A stretch of DNA of 64,000 nt from Candidatus Hermodarchaeota archaeon (GTDB taxonomy: Archaea > Asgardarchaeota > Thorarchaeia > Thorarchaeales > Thorarchaeaceae), in contig JBHLLF010000004.1 in assembly GCA_048885865.1 (NCBI GenBank), forward strand, positions 32,001 to 96,000, read 5' to 3'. Both the position numbers and the translations under genes were made by a program. The notes beneath the pieces were generated by a model. That model worked only from the letters and a program-made list of their open reading frames with translations. It did no database searches and was not told where the DNA came from. Every line of letters starts with the position of its first letter. Positions within the stretch are counted from its first letter, which is position 1. Shown piece by piece: positions 47,021-55,842 of this stretch.

Positions 47021-47656
47021 ATGGAGTCGAAGGGAACTGCTGCATTGATATTGATAGTAACTGTAGCTGGTCTTTTCCTGGCATATCCGCTGCTTATCGG
47101 CTTGGGAAATGGAAGAAGCACAAGTGAAACTGGTATCGTGTACATCTCTGTGATTGGGAATACCACGGACATAGTCTATCCTGAGCTAGGTCAAGCTAAG
47201 TTCATACCTGAAAGTATTGGCGGCTGGTCTATTGATGTGGAGATGGTTAATGACTCCGAAGGGTTTGAAAATGTCAGTGTCCATCAAATTTCATTCACTG
47301 CCAGCAATGAAGAAATCAATCAGATTCGCAGTGCCCTGTTTCTTGCCCTAAATGGGTCCCTCGTTTCTGAGAGAACCACCTATGACCTCCTGAATGCCAA
47401 TGTTTCAATCGGATTCCTAGTGGACATGATATTTGACGACAATACGTGGATTCATGTATACACCTTTCAGGGACAGACAGAGTTTCTGCTTTTGAATGGG
47501 TCTTATACAGGCACCTTCGACTATCAAACAGAGTTCCCGACTTGGAACATTAACAGAGATACAAACATGCTCAATGGAATTTGCTTGGAATCGATAGATG
47601 TTCTAGATTCTTTTGTCGATACCCTTCATGCATTCTTTACTAGTCACTTGGGATGA
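47021..47656 (+). CDS. Hypothetical membrane-anchored/secreted protein
   Basis: N-terminal TM helix; several N-x-S/T sequons (NTT, NDS, NVS, NGS). Confidence 0.7.
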   Translation: MESKGTAALILIVTVAGLFLAYPLLIGLGNGRSTSETGIVYISVIGNTTDIVYPELGQAKFIPESIGGWSIDVEMVNDSEGFENVSVHQISFTASNEEINQIRSALFLALNGSLVSERTTYDLLNANVSIGFLVDMIFDDNTWIHVYTFQGQTEFLLLNGSYTGTFDYQTEFPTWNINRDTNMLNGICLESIDVLDSFVDTLHAFFTSHLG

Positions 47657-47789
47657 GTGATAGATGGGCTGAGTCAACATTTGATTTGTACAGCATAGCT
47701 CTTTCTATGCTCCTATCGTCTATTTTATCTTGAAACCATTAGGCCGCCCGTTCATTCAAACGGATGCGAAGACTTGGTAGTGACAAGGA

Positions 47790-48254
47790 ATGGAAAGCGA
47801 AGATGCAATGAACTCGAATCATAGACGATTCAGCAAGATATCACAGTGGACCTTCTTGACCTTATCATTGATAGCCCTGCAGCTAATTGCTGGTGGCCCT
47901 TTCATGCCACACACAGCTGCAATCGCGGCACTGATTGCCGCATTGGTTAGCATGGTATTGATGGTCATACTTCGCTTCATAGAAGAGATACTCTCCTTAT
48001 TATCGATGGGTGGCATGGTACTGGGAGCCCTCTTCATTCTCGGATTCCTCTATGGCGGCTTTATGATTGTGATTCTAGGCGCCATTGTGGTTCTAGGCGG
48101 TGGCCGTTGGGTTGGAATTCTCGTGCCTGACATCGTTCTGTTCTCAGGCCAGTACTGGATTCTGATATTGGCCATTGTATTTGAAATTGGCATGGCGATA
48201 TGGAATCTGGATTTCGTCACCAAGATCATAGGCATGCTTCATATAACGCGCTGA
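47790..48254 (+). CDS. Hypothetical membrane protein
   Basis: Four to five TM segments. Confidence 0.6.
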   Translation: MESEDAMNSNHRRFSKISQWTFLTLSLIALQLIAGGPFMPHTAAIAALIAALVSMVLMVILRFIEEILSLLSMGGMVLGALFILGFLYGGFMIVILGAIVVLGGGRWVGILVPDIVLFSGQYWILILAIVFEIGMAIWNLDFVTKIIGMLHITR

Positions 48255-48314
48255 AACACTCCAAATCATACTAGATATCTCCGGCGACGTGCGTGAAAAC
48301 CACACCAGACTGTG

Positions 48315-48974
48315 TCACGAGGGCATTCGCGACTCTCCGTGAAAGATGTAAGCTGCTAGGATTCCAAGTATGATATTCAAAGAATAGTGAATTACAATGA
48401 TCAAGATTAGCCAAGGATTGTATAGGGAAATGAAGTTGACGAATTGCATTGTGAAAAAGATGGTGTTCCATCCTATGAGCAGAAGAGCATAGATTCGGAC
48501 TGCTCTGGGATTGAATAACTGTTCGTGAACCTTGTGCAACCCAATTCCAACCAAAATTGAGTTGAATACAATAATGTATAGAGCTGGGAAGTGCATCAAT
48601 GCATATGCTGGGACATTGAACCATGCTATCAGCACGGCGATCCCATAGATTGACAGGACGAAAGGAAGTGTCATTATACCAGCGGCTATTCTGAGATATC
48701 CCTGATGGTATTTATTGGATAGACCGTAGTATCCTCCCGCGAGGAGTGGTGCGCTGAATGGGATGAAGAGTCCATATATGAATGAAAAGTGGAACATGTA
48801 ACCGTTCACGTCCAAGTATCCAAGCGGCAGAGTCAAGAGATAGTACGTTAATGCTGCGAGGTAGCTAATGCTGGCAACGACACTCCCCACCATCCCAGAG
48901 TATAGGAACTTCTTTTGTTCAGTGGGACTATTCGGATGAGAGGAAGCCTCGTCCTCTCCAATACCCCCGCTCAT
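48315..48974 (-). CDS. Hypothetical multi-pass membrane protein
   Basis: ~6 TM segments; GGAGG RBS before ATG 48974. Confidence 0.7.
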   Translation of the reverse strand: MSGGIGEDEASSHPNSPTEQKKFLYSGMVGSVVASISYLAALTYYLLTLPLGYLDVNGYMFHFSFIYGLFIPFSAPLLAGGYYGLSNKYHQGYLRIAAGIMTLPFVLSIYGIAVLIAWFNVPAYALMHFPALYIIVFNSILVGIGLHKVHEQLFNPRAVRIYALLLIGWNTIFFTMQFVNFISLYNPWLILIIVIHYSLNIILGILAAYIFHGESRMPS

Positions 48975-49237
48975 GACTTGGTTTCCTCCACCTGTCAGCA
49001 AATTATGCGCAGTAGTCTGTGTGAAAATGATGTTCGTGCTTTTGCATCTTTCGGAGATAGGACAGACATCGCCCAAGTGATGCCAAGGAGTCGTTGTTCA
49101 AGCGGCTTAGAAAATCCGAACCGCCTGAATACGCCAGACGAGGGCTTAGATTCAGAGGCTCCAAAGATTTTAGGAAATGCGAGGGGTGTCTCAAGACTTA
49201 TAGCCTATTGAAACATGTTCCTATTGGTGCCTGATAT

Positions 49238-49519
49238 ATGGGTAAGTTCGAGAAGACTCTTTTCGATTCTGTCAACTCCAGCATAAGGGAACATGAACTG
49301 GTGGAGATTGTCAGAGAGGAGCCTAGAATCGTGGTGGTCTATACTACGGCTTCTGCGTCTCTTGATTCTCTCAATGAGATAGAGGACCGAATTTCAAAAC
49401 GGTTTCAGGAATACTCCGATGCCAAACTCCTATTCAAGAACATCGTCGTTGCTCCGCATTCTCATGATAGAGTGGCAGTGAAGGTTGAGATTCGTGCGTC
49501 AGCAGGTCCAGCGTTCTAA
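49238..49519 (+). CDS. Hypothetical protein
   Basis: 93-aa ORF upstream of gelsolin; no recognised motif. Confidence 0.55.
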   Translation: MGKFEKTLFDSVNSSIREHELVEIVREEPRIVVVYTTASASLDSLNEIEDRISKRFQEYSDAKLLFKNIVVAPHSHDRVAVKVEIRASAGPAF

Positions 49520-49719
49520 GACCTTTCTGTTCTGAAGTGTTCTTGCGTAGCGAGTCAACATCCCCCAGTATAGTTTCCCGAACACTGCTCCTGAGATAGT
49601 TCCTCAGCTCATCCATCGACTTACTCTCAAGATTCAATATTCAAGTGGCCAAGAGAAACCGAATCTTTGTGAATATGTCTGACGTTAATTTAAGGCTAGA
49701 ATAGATCATCAATTTCGAC

Positions 49720-50310
49720 ATGGAGCCAACAGTTTTCCACATTCAGAAAGGCCGCCTGGTGAGAATGAAAGACCCAGGCGCATTTGGGAGAGGTGACTGC
49801 TATCTCGTTGATGCAGGTCCCAAAATCTATCTCTGGATAGGTCCCAACTCCTCAGTTGATGAGAAGTTCCTCACTGCAGCATCGGCAGTCTTCAAGGACA
49901 CCGAAAGAAAAGGTCATGCTGACATTGATCGGATTGATGGAGGTCAAGAACCTGACGAGTTCAAGGCACTCTTTGATGACTTCCAGCTGACTGATGAAGA
50001 TACAGAAGGCATCCTGAAGAAAGTGCAACTGGAAACCCATGAACACAGACTATGGAGAGTCCATCGTGAAGGAGATGAAACATATTTCGCTGAGGTCCCT
50101 GTGACCCGAGATTCGTTAAGGAGCGATGATGTATTCCTCCTAGATGCATGGGATGACATCTATGTCTGGCGAGGGTCGGATGCTAGTGCCAGAGAGAAGT
50201 TCGATGGTACAATTCTCGCTAGGCAATACGATGCGGAAAGAGTGGGAGTTCAAGAGATAGAACTCATTGAGGAAGGAAGTGAACCAGACGATTTCTGGAG
50301 GTCCTTCTGA
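49720..50310 (+). CDS. Two-domain gelsolin (Asgard 2DGel-type actin regulator)
   Basis: Repeats FGRGDCYLVDAGPKIYLWIG and LRSDDVFLLDAWDDIYVWRG; linker LKKV; acidic EEGSEPDDFW end. Confidence 0.92.
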   Translation: MEPTVFHIQKGRLVRMKDPGAFGRGDCYLVDAGPKIYLWIGPNSSVDEKFLTAASAVFKDTERKGHADIDRIDGGQEPDEFKALFDDFQLTDEDTEGILKKVQLETHEHRLWRVHREGDETYFAEVPVTRDSLRSDDVFLLDAWDDIYVWRGSDASAREKFDGTILARQYDAERVGVQEIELIEEGSEPDDFWRSF

Positions 50311-50321
50311 CCATATGGCCT

Positions 50322-51761
50322 TTACACCAGCCTATAATGACCGACTCGGGGTTCGTAGAGAACCCCGCTATCTTTCATCTTCTCTAGTGCTTCAGCTGCA
50401 ACATGTCGTTCTACACCAGCCTCTGCAGCAATCTCGTCCAATGTAGGACCAAGGAATCCACTTGCGCCAGTGTCCAGCTTCTTCAAAGCGCGAAGTACCT
50501 TAGTGTTGAACCTGTGAATTGGTCGATCCTTGCCCCAATCTCGTTCAGTCTCACTCTTGAGTTGAGTGAGTTCCATGAATTCCTTCAACGCGGGCTCGAG
50601 CACTCTGTCCCACGATCGTTTGATATCTGCAGTTGCTATCTTATCTTTCCAATATGCCCTTGCTGTAGAACGGGCAAGTCGTATTGCTCCAAGGGGCCTT
50701 CCATAAGCATCTGCATCCAAGATATGGCCTCTAGCAAATGCAGAGTCGTCAAGCCCAAAGCTCTCCTTTAGACCTTCTAGCTTGGACAGGATGTGCCTTG
50801 TGCTAGACTCAATACTCCGCTTTGATATCGCAGGGGTCATCATTTGAAAAGTAATTGCTGACTTTAGTATCGGGAGCCTGAGATGGGATGGGTTTGTGGT
50901 TTCAATCCAGAAGTCCTCTGATGCCAAAGCAATCGGCACATCAGGCAAGGCCGCGGTTTCTTGAGTTGTGAGGGCGCCCAAGGAAACCTCCCTAAAACCA
51001 GATCTATCTTGCCGACTCACACAAAGCTCTTCCATTCCCTTTTTGCCAGGATGCCCAATGTCCAGTCTCCATATCCGGGGAGTGGACACCCTGATGCCAC
51101 TCACGTTCCGAGTTTCAGCCCACTTTCCGCGAAAGGTAGCGGGCAAGATTTGACTCATGAACCTCATTAGTCGTTGAACCTGGCGTTTGGACGCTATTGC
51201 TTGAATTCCTGCGGTAAGACCTCCGATACTCTCCTGAAAGGGAGGGCTTGATACAAATAGACGAGCGAACACCTGCTTGCTCGCTTCAGCCATACCGACA
51301 TTTTCAAACAAGAGACGAGAGAGACCCGTGAGATTCATAGGCGGATGTATGTCTGCTAGATAATCTTCTGTCGATTGCTCAAAGAAGTCTGCCAATATTG
51401 CGGCTGGAGAAGGCTTGCTATGTTCCAGGTAGTCTGGAAAAGCAATCCGTTTACCTGTGACCTCAATCCTTGCACCTTCATCAGGGGGTTCAACATCATC
51501 AGGCAGTTGGACGAAAATACCTTCAACTAGCCATGGACTTGGGGTCAGAAGAATGCGATACTTATCAGAGGTGTATCGAACAAACCCATGATAGTGATAT
51601 CTAGCTCCGGATAATCGATGCGTGAACTGCTGTTGCAGCTCAAGCTCCCATTTAGCCAGCTCAGAACCAAATTGTCGGTTGAAGACATCACTCGCTGCAC
51701 TCACATCTGACAGCCTATCTTCTGATTTGCCAAGAAGGTTGTAGATGTCTTCAACGCTCAT
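50322..51761 (-). CDS. Degenerate MCM-like protein (OB fold, Walker-less AAA+, lid, winged helix)
   Basis: IFVQLPDD...EGARIEVTG (MCM OB), RLMRFMSQILP, GAIRLARSTARA...TADIKR (lid), ALEKMKDSGVLYEPRVGHYRLV (MCM C-terminal WH); GGAGG RBS. Confidence 0.7.
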   Translation of the reverse strand: MSVEDIYNLLGKSEDRLSDVSAASDVFNRQFGSELAKWELELQQQFTHRLSGARYHYHGFVRYTSDKYRILLTPSPWLVEGIFVQLPDDVEPPDEGARIEVTGKRIAFPDYLEHSKPSPAAILADFFEQSTEDYLADIHPPMNLTGLSRLLFENVGMAEASKQVFARLFVSSPPFQESIGGLTAGIQAIASKRQVQRLMRFMSQILPATFRGKWAETRNVSGIRVSTPRIWRLDIGHPGKKGMEELCVSRQDRSGFREVSLGALTTQETAALPDVPIALASEDFWIETTNPSHLRLPILKSAITFQMMTPAISKRSIESSTRHILSKLEGLKESFGLDDSAFARGHILDADAYGRPLGAIRLARSTARAYWKDKIATADIKRSWDRVLEPALKEFMELTQLKSETERDWGKDRPIHRFNTKVLRALKKLDTGASGFLGPTLDEIAAEAGVERHVAAEALEKMKDSGVLYEPRVGHYRLV

Positions 51762-51820
51762 TGCCTGGCCTCCAAGCTATTCATCTGTTATCGTTCACAT
51801 TCGTAATCATGTGCAACGAT

Positions 51821-52819
51821 TTACCTTTTCTCCTCCTTCTCTCTTCGAAGGTACTCACGATAGGCGATTGGATATTCCTCCGCCAGCTCTTCGATTGTTG
51901 GAAGACGACTGGCATAAGGAGTATAGGATTCGCCTTGTGTCACTGAGGATATTTCAGAGTCAATCACTGGCTTGAGCCTCTCGTTAATCTCATAACCGAT
52001 ATAGTGCCTCCAGCTAGACCTAGCAGCAACAGCTGTGGTGCCATTGCCCATGAAAGGATCAAGAATTAGGTCTCCGGGCTTAGAGGAGTAGTCAATGCAT
52101 CTGGCAACTACTTCTAAAGGAAGTTTAGTGCTGTTCTTGATTTCCCTGGCTCTATACCTGCGTTTTACTGGCCATACATCCTCAGGATAGTGTTCTATCT
52201 TGTTGAAGAAGTAACTTCTTAGATTCTTGACCAATAGCAGGACATGGTAATGACTAGTGACGAATCGCCTCTTGGTGAATACTCCGAATGGATAGTGCCA
52301 GACAATGTGATTCAGTGTGGAGAGTCCAACCTCTCTTGCACTTCTCAACACGGGTTCTAGATTCGTCCACCCACTGAAAATGTAGACAGATCCCTCCTCC
52401 TTGAGAACTCGTGGCAACTCGCCGATCCATCTTTTCGTGAATTCAACATAGGATCCATTTACTTCTTCATAGTCTTCTACAACTAGCCGCTCATCTCTGT
52501 TGTATACACTACTCTTCCCGTTGAAATCAATACCAAATGGAGGATCAGCTATAACTAGGTCAATGGAACCTTCTGGAAGCTCTCCCATGCCCTGAATGCA
52601 GTCCTCATAGAGTACTGTGTTTAACTCAAATTCCTGCACCGCTCCAACACGAGCATCATAGAGTGCTCTGGCCTCATCTATTGACCAGTCATAGGTGGGT
52701 TCAAAGTAGAACTCAGCAAGATTCGGTATGTACCGTTTTGACCGCCGCCGAGCAGGTGATTTTTCTTCTCCTTCTTCAGAGTGGACTGTCATAAGGAGTC
52801 TCGCTCCTTTGTCACTCAT
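51821..52819 (-). CDS. Orphan amino (N4-C/N6-A) DNA methyltransferase, beta class
   Basis: Motif IV IADPPF precedes motif I LDPFMGNGTT; STKLP; YIGYEIN. Confidence 0.92.
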   Translation of the reverse strand: MSDKGARLLMTVHSEEGEEKSPARRRSKRYIPNLAEFYFEPTYDWSIDEARALYDARVGAVQEFELNTVLYEDCIQGMGELPEGSIDLVIADPPFGIDFNGKSSVYNRDERLVVEDYEEVNGSYVEFTKRWIGELPRVLKEEGSVYIFSGWTNLEPVLRSAREVGLSTLNHIVWHYPFGVFTKRRFVTSHYHVLLLVKNLRSYFFNKIEHYPEDVWPVKRRYRAREIKNSTKLPLEVVARCIDYSSKPGDLILDPFMGNGTTAVAARSSWRHYIGYEINERLKPVIDSEISSVTQGESYTPYASRLPTIEELAEEYPIAYREYLRREKEEKR

Positions 52820-52862
52820 AGACCTCTTAAAGCATGTGTCTTGTTATAGCAATGAGCGCTGT

Positions 52863-53951
52863 TTACATGAGTTCTGACGGGTCGACTCCTCTTGAAATCG
52901 CTTTTCCTGTCATCCAGTCCATGAATTTCTCCGGTGGTACCTTTTCACCCCTATCCGGTCGTGCCCCAAGGTGAAGAGCATCCTCAGGGCATGATATGGC
53001 ACATACTCCGCATCCAACACAGCGATCTGCATTTACAACACTAATGTCCTCAGGAACATCAAGTGCCGCAAATTGACATCTATCCACACATGTGCCGCAC
53101 CCTGTGCAAAGGTCATTATCGACCTCAATCATGAAGTCTGATTTGACGAATGCGTAGGGCTGATCATGCTGCGTCAGTCCTCTTAGTACACCGCAACAGC
53201 AGGTACAGCAGTTGCAGATGTATGTCTGACCGGTCTGAATATTCATACTGCAGTGAACAAGTCCAGCCTCCTCTGCATCTTTCAGAATTTTCAAGGCTTC
53301 CTCTTTGGTGACTACTTTCGTCAGCTCGTCATCATCATAGGCATTCTCTTTCTTGGGAGCAAACATGAGACAAACAGAAGTCGGGTATTTGCAGGGCTCA
53401 CCCACAAGTTCTTTCTGCCTCTTACAGATACACTCCCTTACACCCCATGACTTTGCGGTTTCAATGAGATGCTCCGCCCTCTCATATGGATAGATCTCAA
53501 GGTCAGTTTCCACAGCGCTGTTGACGGGTATTACCTTGAAGATGGGAGGATCTGTAGAGAACATATCGCCAATTCCTTTCGCTGCATTGTAATAGTCCTC
53601 ATAAAGCTGGGCAAACTCCTTGTCCATTCTGCCTAGCTGCTCTTCGTATATTCCTACAGCAAACGGAATCAGAGCGTATCTTCTTCCAGTGCTGGAATTC
53701 CAAGCACGAATCTGGCCTTTATGTGCCATTGTTTCCAATTGTTCCTTTAGAGCCGCAGGATCCCGGTCGAGTCGGGTACCTAGGTCTTCAATGGTTTCAC
53801 CCATCAGCTTCATCTGGCTAGCCAAATCGGCTTCAGACTCCTCAAAAATCCACTTGAGTAGCCTGATGTGACTCCTATCTGGGACCGGGGGAAACCCATT
53901 TGGGATTTTATCTAGTGTTGCTGCAAGTCGTTCATATGCTTCATCTGACAT
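52863..53951 (-). CDS. Multi-Cys Fe-S protein with C-terminal 2[4Fe-4S] ferredoxin domain
   Basis: ECICK, GLVH, ICNCCTCCCGVL, CTGCGTCVDRC, CVGCGVCAISCP. Confidence 0.88.
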   Translation of the reverse strand: MSDEAYERLAATLDKIPNGFPPVPDRSHIRLLKWIFEESEADLASQMKLMGETIEDLGTRLDRDPAALKEQLETMAHKGQIRAWNSSTGRRYALIPFAVGIYEEQLGRMDKEFAQLYEDYYNAAKGIGDMFSTDPPIFKVIPVNSAVETDLEIYPYERAEHLIETAKSWGVRECICKRQKELVGEPCKYPTSVCLMFAPKKENAYDDDELTKVVTKEEALKILKDAEEAGLVHCSMNIQTGQTYICNCCTCCCGVLRGLTQHDQPYAFVKSDFMIEVDNDLCTGCGTCVDRCQFAALDVPEDISVVNADRCVGCGVCAISCPEDALHLGARPDRGEKVPPEKFMDWMTGKAISRGVDPSELM

Positions 53952-53976
53952 TTTTGCGCTCTCCTCTTTCTTGCTA

Positions 53977-55308
53977 TTATGGGCATTCCAATGTAATTCC
54001 TAGAGGGCTTAGTTCCTCATTGACTTTGACTAGGGTTTCTTGGCAGCTATGACCTTTGCCTAGCAGCACATGCGTCAAGGTCATCTGATATGGTGGCAGA
54101 AAGGGAATATCACTGGTGTTTAAAATGCTCTGGTATTCGTGTCTTATCTTCTCATCCTGGAGAAAGGCTTCCATTTGCGGTAGAGTGCTCCCATTCTCCA
54201 ATAGCATGTTTCTGATTTTTTCTAGGAAAAGGTCCTTTGGAACATTTACAGACTCTCCGTAGAGCCGTTTGACATTCTTCTCAAACCATTCACGAACTCG
54301 ATCAACTCTGCAATATGGAAGTACCACTACCTCTTCTTCACCATAAGGCATTATGCGGACAAGGCTTCTCTTCTCCGCAGAGAATACAAAATCGGGCAGA
54401 TTACTGAAGCCTACTTCTGAGATGTCCAAGCCTCTTTCTTGGAGTTCTTCATTTAGTTTGGGTAATGTGAAAGGGTGTCCTTCGTCAATTCCTTCCTCGA
54501 CTACCCGAACAAGGAAGTCAAACGCCTCTCTATTCTCTTCAGAGAGTTTCGACATCTCATCTGAGAGCGTGTCAGGGAGCTTCAAAATAGTCCCTGGTAG
54601 TTCTCCCTCCTTGACGATGTAGCCCTCAGATTCAGCCCATCCAACAAACTCATTCCAACTCAGAAATCCGAGCTCTCTCTCGTTAAAGCCTGGATTGAGT
54701 GAGGAAATGACATACTTCACATTTCCAATGCCTGGCTTATTCCCTGCCTCTATTATTGTCTGGATTGCATCATGAAGCTTCCCGCCCATAATGCGTCGCA
54801 TCTCAGTGATGCTTCGAACTCGCTCTTTGCAATCTCCGACATCAGGACAGTCCAATGAGATTCTCCTGAAAGAATGTATGTCAGTATACTTGGTTGCCAA
54901 GTCAGTGAGCTCGCTTGCCGTGATGATTGGATTACTTATGATCCAAAGACCAAGCCCGCGTTGCCGAATTGCTCCTGCAATGAGCTTGAAATCGCCATCA
55001 CCTGTGATCATGACATAGCAGGTTGTTTCGGGGTAATGGACCATATGATCCATGATGTATGCGGCCATCTTGTAATCCGCAGCATTGTCTCTGCTATCAG
55101 GCACATGGATTACATCGTAGCCTAGGTTATGTAGCTCCTCCGCCATCCGTCTTCGATTAGTCCAATCAGCAAAGGCGTAAGCCTTGACGAGTGTTCCAGC
55201 TTCACGAATCCTATCAGTCAACTCTCTATGTGTGCCAAAGTCTTCATGGACGTTCTCAAAGTCCCAGAAGACAGAGAGATGATTTCTGGATTCAGCATCA
55301 GACATCAA
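53977..55308 (-). CDS. NYN (PIN-like) ribonuclease with LOTUS/OST-HTH domains
   Basis: VFWDFENV, NAADYKM, ITGDGDF; NPGFNERELGFLSW and LDISEVGFSNL LOTUS-like motifs. Confidence 0.85.
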   Translation of the reverse strand: MMSDAESRNHLSVFWDFENVHEDFGTHRELTDRIREAGTLVKAYAFADWTNRRRMAEELHNLGYDVIHVPDSRDNAADYKMAAYIMDHMVHYPETTCYVMITGDGDFKLIAGAIRQRGLGLWIISNPIITASELTDLATKYTDIHSFRRISLDCPDVGDCKERVRSITEMRRIMGGKLHDAIQTIIEAGNKPGIGNVKYVISSLNPGFNERELGFLSWNEFVGWAESEGYIVKEGELPGTILKLPDTLSDEMSKLSEENREAFDFLVRVVEEGIDEGHPFTLPKLNEELQERGLDISEVGFSNLPDFVFSAEKRSLVRIMPYGEEEVVVLPYCRVDRVREWFEKNVKRLYGESVNVPKDLFLEKIRNMLLENGSTLPQMEAFLQDEKIRHEYQSILNTSDIPFLPPYQMTLTHVLLGKGHSCQETLVKVNEELSPLGITLECP

Positions 55309-55418
55309 TTGCCACCAATCATGGAGCAGGAGTGGATTGGCCTATAAACACTACTGCACCCTTGAAATAGGTACAACATGAAAGAGTCATTTGTCAGGCG
55401 TAATGTGCAAATACATAG

Positions 55419-55718
55419 CTACTCCCTGCAGTCGATGTCCTCTGAAACACAATGAGTTGGATGATTCACACATTCCAAGAACTGCTTGAATGTGATAGGC
55501 GGATATCCCATCTCATGACGGCGAGTATTATCCAAGAGAAATGCCTCATAGACTTCAAGCTCATGGACTCGATTGTCCATGGCGGACTCAATAGCTTGTT
55601 CTCTGTCAGAATAGAATGTCCACATTGCACCACATCCCTCATATCCCCAGACTTTCTTTGGTACAGGAGAGTGAGGGCTGGCTTGGTGTGGGGCTTTGTC
55701 CTGAGCGTGTTTCATCAC
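55419..55718 (-). CDS. Hypothetical protein
   Basis: 99-aa ORF filling the gap before NYN gene; no family recognised. Confidence 0.45.
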   Translation of the reverse strand: MMKHAQDKAPHQASPHSPVPKKVWGYEGCGAMWTFYSDREQAIESAMDNRVHELEVYEAFLLDNTRRHEMGYPPITFKQFLECVNHPTHCVSEDIDCRE

Positions 55719-55842
55719 GTTCGTCCTGCCTTGCGTCCTAGCTTCATACAGTGCACTTCATACAGTAATAAGGTGTAAGCTAGAGGAACTTTCACGTGGA
55801 CTTCGGGCAACAGTTAAGAACATCACAAGCTCTTCTCAAAGC

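Noticed and set aside
49434-49637. 67-aa minus-strand ORF
   Set aside because: Overlaps the 49238-49519 ORF, has no clear RBS or motif; cannot be supported.
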